Assembly (NCBI GenBank): GCA_043721935.1 | Contig: JAYSPU010000286.1 | Coordinates: forward strand, 1-38,562 | DNA: 38,562 nucleotides | Source: Bacteroidota bacterium | GTDB taxonomy: Bacteria; Bacteroidota; Bacteroidia; AKYH767-A; 2013-40CM-41-45 | Reading direction: 5' to 3' | In this document: piece after piece, positions 19,297 through 25,865 of the stretch | Position numbering within the stretch: position 1 is the first letter of the stretch | Layout: each line of letters begins with the position of its first letter | Translations under genes and position numbers: made by a program | The notes under the pieces: generated by a model | Databases searched by the model: none | Seen by the model: only the letters and a program-made list of their open reading frames with translations | Told to the model about the DNA's origin: nothing

Positions 19297-19560
19297 AGAT
19301 TGAACTGAAAAATTTCAGGTTCTTTACTAAGTTTATTTCGCCCCGGGGATGAAAGTATCATGAGACGATACTCAGAATATTTCTCCCGGATAAGAATCAA
19401 AATAAATAGAGGCAATTTCAAAAGCTTGAGATTGAACTGAAAAAAAGCAGGCTCATTTTTAAATACAATTCGCCCCGGGGCTGAATATAACTTGATTGGA
19501 TGATCAAATTTTTTTCTCCCAATTACGAAATTTCTATATCTCAAACATGTCGCAAATCTG
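19297..19560. repeat. Two diverged tandem copies of a ~132-bp unit in a 690-bp non-coding region
   Basis: Conserved blocks recur with a 132-133 bp offset: AGATTGAACTGAAAAA (19297 and 19429), TTCGCCCCGGGG(A/C)TGAA (19337 and 19469), TTCTCCC (19381 and 19514). Confidence 0.6.
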
Positions 19561-19892
19561 CCGCTGTGAAGTCTTTTCCATGCAATTTTTCCCCTGGTTT
19601 TTCCCCTTTGCATGAACCCCAATTCAGGGCTATTCAATTAAATGATCAAAGAACTCACTTTCAAAAATAATGTACAATCACTTATTTGATAGTTAATTGT
19701 TGATGGATTTTATTTTAACCGGAAGCATTATCGGTTAAAGTTAACCTTTATGAATTGATCAGAATTTTTAGTCGGTGCATTTCCCTTTCAGGTAAACTGT
19801 TAAATCCTCGGGATATTTTCTGATAAGATCATCCACTAATTATAATCAGGTTGCCATTTTAAAGTGCTTTTGGAGAAGGCATCCAGAGGGTT

Positions 19893-19940
19893 AAAAAAAA
19901 GAGGCTGTCAAAATGTAATTTTGAGACAGCCTCTTTTTTG
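19893..19940 (-). terminator. Bidirectional rho-independent terminator downstream of metK
   Basis: GAGGCTGTC (19901-19909) pairs with GACAGCCTC (19925-19933). It is flanked by an A8 run on one side and a T6 run on the other. Confidence 0.8.
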
Positions 19941-19952
19941 TCTACTAAATAA

Positions 19953-21248
19953 TTAAGCTAATTCCATTTCACTTTTCTTCGATGACTTCTTAGCGCCACT
20001 GTGAAAAGCTTCCTGAATTTTTTCAACGAAGTTTAATTCTTCCCAAGGAAATAATTTCACTTTTACGCGTACTTCATTATCTTTTCCTTTGTTGAAGATT
20101 TTTTCTTTGACTTCCGTCTTTCTTCCCATGTGACCATAAGAAGCCGTTTCAAGATAGATTGGAGTTCGAAGTTTGAATCGTTGTTCAATTGCATATGGAC
20201 GCATATCGAAAATGGCTCTCACTTTTTTACCAATTTCTCCGTCAGACAAGCCTACTTTCGCTGTTCCATACGTATTGATATATAAACCTACCGGTTCAGC
20301 AACACCAATTGCGTATGCAACTTGTACCAATGCTTCGTCGCAAATACCTGCAGCAACAAGATTCTTTGCAATGTGACGTGTTGCATAAGCTGCAGAACGG
20401 TCAACTTTGGAAGGATCTTTTCCTGAGAATGCACCACCACCATGAGCACCTTTTCCACCGTATGTGTCTACGATGATTTTACGACCGGTTAATCCTGTGT
20501 CACCATGTGGGCCACCGATTACAAACTTACCGGTCGGGTTGATATGGTATTTAATTTTATCATTGAACATTACCTGAATCCGTTTTGGTAATTTTTTCAT
20601 TACACGGGGAATCAGAATATTGATCATATCGTCTTTAATTTTTTTCAACATAGCAGCATCTTTATCGAAGTCGTCATGCTGTGTAGAAATTACAATCGTG
20701 TCAATACGGACAGGTTTGTGATCGTCTGTATATTCAATTGTAACCTGTGATTTTGCATCCGGACGAAGATAAGTCATCTGCTTATTTTCACGGCGGAGTT
20801 GTGCTAGCTCACGCAACAGTGTATGAGCAAGCTCTAGAGGCAAAGGCATGTAATTGTCAGTTTCACGGCAAGCGTAACCGAACATCATTCCCTGATCACC
20901 TGCACCTTGTTTCCAAGGATCTGTTTTTTCAACACCGCGATTGATGTCAGCCGATTGTTCATGAATCGAAGAGAAAATTCCGCATGAATTTGCTTCGAAC
21001 ATATAAGCGCTATTTGTATAGCCAATCTTTTTAATCACGTCACGAGCGATGTCCTGGACATCAAGATATGCAGTTGATTTCACTTCACCGGCGAGAACAA
21101 CCTGACCGGTTGTGACAAGTGTTTCGCAAGCAACTTTTGCATTCGGGTCATAGGCAAGAAAGTTGTCGATCAAAGCATCTGAGATCTGATCTGCAATCTT
21201 GTCCGGGTGCCCTTCTGATACAGACTCAGAGGTAAACAAGTAAGACAT
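19953..21248 (-). CDS. metK: S-adenosylmethionine synthetase
   Basis: 431 aa. [52 protein letters not shown]. Confidence 0.97.
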   Translation of the reverse strand: MSYLFTSESVSEGHPDKIADQISDALIDNFLAYDPNAKVACETLVTTGQVVLAGEVKSTAYLDVQDIARDVIKKIGYTNSAYMFEANSCGIFSSIHEQSADINRGVEKTDPWKQGAGDQGMMFGYACRETDNYMPLPLELAHTLLRELAQLRRENKQMTYLRPDAKSQVTIEYTDDHKPVRIDTIVISTQHDDFDKDAAMLKKIKDDMINILIPRVMKKLPKRIQVMFNDKIKYHINPTGKFVIGGPHGDTGLTGRKIIVDTYGGKGAHGGGAFSGKDPSKVDRSAAYATRHIAKNLVAAGICDEALVQVAYAIGVAEPVGLYINTYGTAKVGLSDGEIGKKVRAIFDMRPYAIEQRFKLRTPIYLETASYGHMGRKTEVKEKIFNKGKDNEVRVKVKLFPWEELNFVEKIQEAFHSGAKKSSKKSEMELA

Positions 21249-21449
21249 GGTGTTATTTTATGAGTTAAGATTTAGTTTTTGGCACAAAAAGGAGAAAAAT
21301 GTCAACGGAAGAAAATTGCCTTAGCATTTTTTTACCGTGGTTGCAATATCCGTTTAAACCCGGATCAAATTTTTCCACTTTGAGGCCTCAAATGTAGGGA
21401 ATTAATATTCAAATCCGAAAGATTGAATATCGTTTATAAGTAGTCGAAT

Positions 21450-22532
21450 CTATTGTTCGTAGTTTTTCCCTTCGTAAAATACGAAGACAGAATTAACGCC
21501 GGTTTCGTATTTCAGGACATTGCCTGAAAGGTAATAGCGGTTGATGATTTCGTAGGAAGCCGTATAAATTTTCCCTTTTTGAAAGAAGTTCAATCGGCCG
21601 CTGTCGTCAATCCATGCAACACCATCGTTACCTAGCTGAAAATCAACCGGAATGCGGTTTTGCAGGTTGTATTCGGTGCCTTTATAGTACACATTGAACA
21701 TATTGTTAAAAGCATAAACAATGACATTCCCTTTTACCGCAAACATCTCCGGTCGATTAGAAAGCAGTTTTTCTGTTTTGCCATCGTGAAAAATCCGAAA
21801 ATTGCTTTGCTGGTCGACATAGGCCATAATACCAAATCCAACTTTGAAGGAATCGGGTGCAAAGATCTCGACAACTGCCGTATCGCCTTTATAGAATAAA
21901 TGGAATTGGCGTGTGTAGTCGTCAATCCATGCCATAATATCCCGGCCGGCTTCGAAAGCAACGGGTGGAATATTGTCTAGTGTCATTAGATTTCCGTGAT
22001 AAAAAACGTTGAAGTATCCCGATTGATTCACCCAACTCAACACATTCGATCCGGTTTTAATCGCCCTCGGTTTGGACAAAAAATTATCTTCCAGTAATGC
22101 AATCTTTCCATTGTAATAAATATTGAACGATGATTTTGCATCGTCGAAGAAAGCAAGCAGGCTATCGTTCAATGTCATCATGGTGTTGTAGTAACACAAG
22201 GTTCTTTTTTCTCCACGGTCAAATACGTAAAGTACACTTCCGACTTTAAAGACAGTCAGGTAATCAGTCGTCCAGTAAGTAAAATCCGCTGCATTGACCA
22301 TGGTAATTGTTTGTCCGTCAGAAAAAACGCGGAAATCATTTTTGTGGTCAACGTATGCAATGGTTTTTCCACCGATTTTATAACTGGCAACAGGCAGGTA
22401 TTCTAATTGTTTAAATATTCCTTTGTCAAAACTTTGAAGGTTTCCTCTGTAATCTGTAAAAGCAGTGATGTCTTGGCCGCATACTATTGCAAGATTTGTA
22501 ATCAGAAAAACAAAAGCCAGGAGAATGCGCAT
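21450..22532 (-). CDS. Secreted (possibly lipoprotein) repeat protein of unknown function, about ten ~35-aa beta-strand repeats
   Basis: 360 aa. Signal peptide MRILLAFVFLITNLAIVCGQ. Recurrent pattern (I/V)xA(W/Y)(V/I)D....F.(V/I)(F/Y).xG: DFRVFSDGQ, FNIYYNGK, FNVFYHGN, FHLFYKGD, FRIFHDGK, FNVYYKGT, LNFFQKGK, VFVFYEGK. Its ATG overlaps the gldA stop (TGATG). Confidence 0.7.
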   Translation of the reverse strand: MRILLAFVFLITNLAIVCGQDITAFTDYRGNLQSFDKGIFKQLEYLPVASYKIGGKTIAYVDHKNDFRVFSDGQTITMVNAADFTYWTTDYLTVFKVGSVLYVFDRGEKRTLCYYNTMMTLNDSLLAFFDDAKSSFNIYYNGKIALLEDNFLSKPRAIKTGSNVLSWVNQSGYFNVFYHGNLMTLDNIPPVAFEAGRDIMAWIDDYTRQFHLFYKGDTAVVEIFAPDSFKVGFGIMAYVDQQSNFRIFHDGKTEKLLSNRPEMFAVKGNVIVYAFNNMFNVYYKGTEYNLQNRIPVDFQLGNDGVAWIDDSGRLNFFQKGKIYTASYEIINRYYLSGNVLKYETGVNSVFVFYEGKNYEQ

Positions 22533-23443
22533 CAGGAAGGCTGCGTAAGTTTTTGAAAAATGTCTTCCAGTTTTTGTTCTTCTTTTTGCAAAGAAAGAAC
22601 AGTGCAGCCATTGGAAACCGCCCAGTTAAAAACGAGCGGACGAAGGTCTTCTTTTCCATCACCGGAAATCTTCCAGTTATTTGCTTTTAGATTTACGGCA
22701 GAACTAACTCCTTTAATCGCTAGTAGATCTTTTTGTAAAACGCTTCTATCAAATTCAGCTAATACTATTTCGCCTGAAGTTTTATGTTGTAACACAGAAG
22801 TATTATCGTCAGCAGCTATTCGTCCTTTGTTTATAATGATGACGCGGTCGCAAATGGCTTCGACTTCCTGCATAATGTGTGTACTGAGGATGACTGTTTT
22901 TTCCTTGCCAATTTGTGTGATGAGTGCTCTGATTTCTGACAACTGATTCGGATCGAGTCCGGATGTTGGTTCATCAAGAATCAACACCTTCGGATCGTGA
23001 ATGAGAGCCTGTGCAATTCCCACTCGTTGACGGTATCCTTTTGATAGAGCGCCAATTCTTTTGTGTTGTTCAGTTTCCAATCCTGTTACATGCACCATTT
23101 CTTTGATACGCGATTGAAGTTTACCATTCAGTTTATGAATGCCTCCAACGAATGCCAGATATTCTTTCACATACATTTCAAGGTAGAGCGGATTGTGTTC
23201 AGGCAAATAGCCAACGTTTTTTCTGACTTCAATCGATTGTTCGTTGACATCGAATCCGCATACAGTTACAGTGCCTTCCGACTGCGGAATGAAGCAAGTA
23301 ATGATTTTCATCATCGTAGACTTGCCGGCACCGTTAGGTCCGAGAAATCCAACAACCTGTCCACCCGTTACCTCGAATGAAACACCATCCAGCGCCTTTT
23401 GCTGACCGTAATATTTTGAAATGTTCCGGACTAAAACTGACAT
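22532..23443 (-). CDS. gldA: ABC transporter ATP-binding protein, most likely gliding-motility GldA
   Basis: 303 aa. Walker A GPNGAGKST, signature LSKGYRQRV, Walker B LILDEPTSGLD. The N-terminus and the GYLPEHNPLYLEMYVKEYL block resemble GldA-type sequences as I remember them. No gldF or gldG lies adjacent. Confidence 0.6.
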   Translation of the reverse strand: MSVLVRNISKYYGQQKALDGVSFEVTGGQVVGFLGPNGAGKSTMMKIITCFIPQSEGTVTVCGFDVNEQSIEVRKNVGYLPEHNPLYLEMYVKEYLAFVGGIHKLNGKLQSRIKEMVHVTGLETEQHKRIGALSKGYRQRVGIAQALIHDPKVLILDEPTSGLDPNQLSEIRALITQIGKEKTVILSTHIMQEVEAICDRVIIINKGRIAADDNTSVLQHKTSGEIVLAEFDRSVLQKDLLAIKGVSSAVNLKANNWKISGDGKEDLRPLVFNWAVSNGCTVLSLQKEEQKLEDIFQKLTQPS

Positions 23444-23506
23444 GGGGTAAAGGTAGGAAAAGGAGTTTATAGTCTGGTCGATGTGGAGGAGAAGTTTCTT
23501 ACTTGG

Positions 23507-23738
23507 TGATCAGCGATCAGCGATCAGAGGGTTACAAATTGGCGATCATTGATCGTTGTTTGGGAGCACTCGGTTTCAATTTACCGATCGCTCATCGCTG
23601 ATCGCTGATCGCGAATCACAAATCACCAATTCCAATTTACCGATCGCTGATCGCTCATCACCAATTCCAATTTACCGATCGCTCATCGCTGATCGCTGAT
23701 CGCGAATCACGCACTGCTATTTCCAATTTCCTACTATA
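23507..23738. repeat. Degenerate heptanucleotide array (consensus NNATYNC, core unit TGATCGC), about 24 in-phase units plus an inverted 3-unit arm
   Basis: Read in 7s from 23571 with no phase slip through 23738. There is an exact 43-bp repeat (23577-23619 = 23668-23710, offset 91 = 13x7) and a partial copy at 23633-23662. The inverted arm GTGATCA GCGATCA GCGATCA lies at 23507-23528. There are 13 GATC sites. Confidence 0.9.
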
Positions 23739-23742
23739 TTTG
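23735..23742 (+). promoter_or_regulatory. Candidate Bacteroidota -7 promoter box (TAnnTTTG) for rsgA
   Basis: TATATTTG ends 6 nt before the ATG at 23749, which implies a leaderless or very short-leader mRNA. Confidence 0.3.
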
Positions 23743-23748
23743 CCACCA

Positions 23749-24672
23749 ATGAAAGGCATTGTAATAAAATCGACGGGGAATAACTACAAGGTCCGACTTG
23801 ATGACGGTCGACAGGTCGATGGAAAGATTCGGGGGAATTTACGATTGCTTGATTTCGGTGCGACAAATCCAATTACAGTTGGTGATCGCGTTGAGGTTGA
23901 AATTGGGGACGTCGACGAACATCAGTATTGGATTACCGGATTAGAGCCCAGAAAAAATTACATCATTCGAAAATCGGTAAAGCTTTCTAAACAAGTTCAG
24001 ATACTTGCAGCAAATATTGACAGAGCGTTTATTGTTGCCACGCCTGTTTTGCCTCGTACATCACTTGGCTTCATTGATCGGTTTTTATCTACAGCTGAAG
24101 CTTATTCTGTTTCTGCAGGAATCATCTGGAACAAAAGTGATCTCTTCGACGAAGCTGTATGGAAGTATGTGAACGAAGTGAATTCCATGTACACATCAAT
24201 TGGTTATTTAACAATTGCTGTATCAGCACAAACAGGAGAAGGTCTTGAAACTTTAAAAGAGCATCTGAGCGGAAAACTTAATTTATTAGCCGGCCATAGT
24301 GGTGTTGGAAAAACGTCTCTCATCAATGCATTGATTCCGGGAATAAATCTGAAAACTGCAAAATTATCATCTCAACACATGAAAGGTGTTCACACCACCA
24401 CCTTTGCAGAGATGCATACACTTCCATTCGGCGGTTACCTGATTGATAGTCCGGGAATACGCGAGTTTGGGATTTTTGATTTTGACAAATATGAAGTCTC
24501 TCATTATTTTCCAGAAATATTTGAAGCAGGGAAAAAATGTAAATACGGAAACTGTTCGCATACAACAGAAAAGGATTGCGCCGTCAAACCCGCCGTCGAA
24601 GAAGGACGGATTGCGTACAGCAGATATGATAGTTATCTGAGTGTTTTGTCGGGACAGGATATTTATAAGTAA
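23749..24672 (+). CDS. rsgA: Ribosome small-subunit-dependent GTPase A
   Basis: N-terminal OB fold (MKGIVIKSTGNNYKV). Circularly permuted GTPase motifs (NKSDL, then GHSGVGKTSLINAL). C-terminal zinc-knuckle CKYGNCSHTTEKDC. I prefer the ATG at 23749 over the TTG at 23740 shown in the ORF track. Confidence 0.9.
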   Translation: MKGIVIKSTGNNYKVRLDDGRQVDGKIRGNLRLLDFGATNPITVGDRVEVEIGDVDEHQYWITGLEPRKNYIIRKSVKLSKQVQILAANIDRAFIVATPVLPRTSLGFIDRFLSTAEAYSVSAGIIWNKSDLFDEAVWKYVNEVNSMYTSIGYLTIAVSAQTGEGLETLKEHLSGKLNLLAGHSGVGKTSLINALIPGINLKTAKLSSQHMKGVHTTTFAEMHTLPFGGYLIDSPGIREFGIFDFDKYEVSHYFPEIFEAGKKCKYGNCSHTTEKDCAVKPAVEEGRIAYSRYDSYLSVLSGQDIYK

Positions 24673-24762
24673 CAATTTTTTAAATGCAAAAAGTAAAAAT
24701 AAAAATGCAAAAATAGTATTAAGTATTAAGAATGACATTGTTAATTACCAGTCCCTAAAAAC

Positions 24763-24804
24763 TATTCGCTGATTGCCGATCGCTCATCGCCGATCGCCGA
24801 TCGC
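24763..24804. repeat. Six in-phase heptamers of the same NNATYGC family, immediately upstream of dtd
   Basis: tattcgc tgattgc cgatcgc tcatcgc cgatcgc cgatcgc, ending 6 nt before the dtd ATG (24811). Confidence 0.85.
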
Positions 24805-24810
24805 ACAAAT

Positions 24811-25263
24811 ATGCGCTGCATCATCCAAAGAGTCACCCATGCTTCCGTCACCATTGATTCTGTAAATCGGGCATCGATAGGTTCCGGCTTGTTGATATTG
24901 CTTGGCGTTGAAGATACTGACGGACCGGAAGATATTGAGTGGTTGGCAGGTAAGGTGTCGCGTTTACGGATATTCAATGATGCAGAAGGCGTGATGAATT
25001 TGTCTGTCATGGAAGCGGATGGAGAATGTTTAGTGGTGAGTCAGTTTACCTTGCATGCATCAACGAAAAAAGGAAATCGTCCATCGTATTTAAAAGCGGC
25101 ACATCCTGACAGAGCAATTCCCATGTATGAAAATTTCGTCACAGCATTAAGTGAAATGACCGGTAAAAAAGTTCAGACAGGAGTTTTTGCAGCTGATATG
25201 AAAGTAGAATTGCTTAACGACGGACCGGTAACAATTTTTATAGACTCAAAAGCAAGAGAATGA
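24811..25263 (+). CDS. dtd: D-aminoacyl-tRNA deacylase
   Basis: 150 aa. MRCIIQRV N-terminus, SQFTL motif, NDGPVT near the C-terminus. Confidence 0.95.
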   Translation: MRCIIQRVTHASVTIDSVNRASIGSGLLILLGVEDTDGPEDIEWLAGKVSRLRIFNDAEGVMNLSVMEADGECLVVSQFTLHASTKKGNRPSYLKAAHPDRAIPMYENFVTALSEMTGKKVQTGVFAADMKVELLNDGPVTIFIDSKARE

Positions 25264-25595
25264 AAACGGATATAACTCTTTCAGAAGCTCAATCATTGGT
25301 TGATCAATGGATAAAAAAATACGGAGTACGTTATTTTAATGAATTGACCAATATGGCCATTCTCACAGAGGAAGTAGGCGAGGTGGCACGTATTATTTCC
25401 AGAACCTATGGTGAGCAATCTGCCAAGAAATCAGACGAAGGAAAAAATCTGGGCGATGAATTAGCAGATGTATTATTCGTTTTGATTTGTATTGCCAATC
25501 AGACCGGTGTTGATTTGAATGAAGCCTTTGAAGCAAACCTTGCTAAGAAAACGAATCGGGATAGCGATCGACATAAAGGGAATGAAAAACTGTGA
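25260..25595 (+). CDS. MazG-like nucleotide pyrophosphohydrolase
   Basis: 111 aa. EEVGEVAR and ELADVLFVLICIAN helices of the all-alpha NTP-PPase fold. Its ATG overlaps the dtd stop (ATGA). Confidence 0.85.
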   Translation: MKTDITLSEAQSLVDQWIKKYGVRYFNELTNMAILTEEVGEVARIISRTYGEQSAKKSDEGKNLGDELADVLFVLICIANQTGVDLNEAFEANLAKKTNRDSDRHKGNEKL

Positions 25596-25612
25596 TTCGT
25601 CAGAATTACTCA

Positions 25613-25811
25613 ATTTCCCTCCGCACTTTCCGCTCTATTTCCGTCCTTTCCTCAGAAAAAAATTTGGTCTCCTATTGAATCCGATAGTGTTTTTAAAAAT
25701 CAAAAAAAATGTTTTTCTAAAACTAAAGTTGAGGGTTTATGAACCGTTGGTTCTTTTCCGCGGAAAGGACGGAAAGAAGATGGAAATGAATGGAAAAGTC
25801 GCGTGGAAAAG
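25613..25811. repeat. Long imperfect inverted repeat built from TTTCC (left) and GGAAA (right) words around an AT-rich core
   Basis: Perfect 14-bp inverted repeat: TTTCCGTCCTTTCC (25638-25651) with GGAAAGGACGGAAA (25762-25775). Word spacing is mirror-symmetric: 13, 11, 9 on the left and 9, 11, 10, 13 on the right. A TTTCCGCGGAAA palindrome sits at 25755-25766. Confidence 0.75.
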
Positions 25812-25865
25812 TATATACAACCTATTGAATTTTAATTAATTTTACTTTCACTCACCCCGATCGCC

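Noticed and set aside
19260-19637. 125-aa minus-strand ORF in the PepSY/metK spacer
   Set aside because: It is essentially a translation of the two ~132-bp DNA repeat copies. Its composition is low in complexity and basic. It overlaps the PepSY-like stop codon. I see no recognisable motif or upstream promoter box. I treat it as a probable artefact, though the region is flagged as a finding.
21249-21449. SAM riboswitch in the 200-nt metK leader (minus strand)
   Set aside because: A riboswitch is expected on biological grounds, since SAM-I, SAM-II and SAM-II long-loop types occur upstream of metK in some Bacteroidota. The leader does contain GCAACC and UGCUAAGG-like strings, an ATTGC...GCAAT stem and a TTTGAGGCCTCAAA palindrome. 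However, I could not assemble any SAM-class consensus (no GAGGGA kink-turn, no clear pseudoknot) by eye. An Infernal/Rfam scan is needed. Not called.
23507-23710. GATC cluster as a replication origin (oriC-like)
   Set aside because: The 13 GATC sites are a by-product of the GATCGCT heptamer. I found no DnaA-box (TTATCCACA-like) cluster, no AT-rich unwinding repeats of the usual type, and no dnaA or dnaN nearby.
23507-23738. Is the repeat array a CRISPR array?
   Set aside because: The units are 7 bp with no unique spacers, and no cas genes are present in the window. It is not a CRISPR.
25519-25839. 106-aa plus-strand ORF overlapping the end of the mazG-like gene
   Set aside because: It runs through the TTTCC/GGAAA inverted-repeat element and overlaps a well-supported gene by 77 nt. 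The peptide is low-complexity (F, L and K rich). It is likely spurious.
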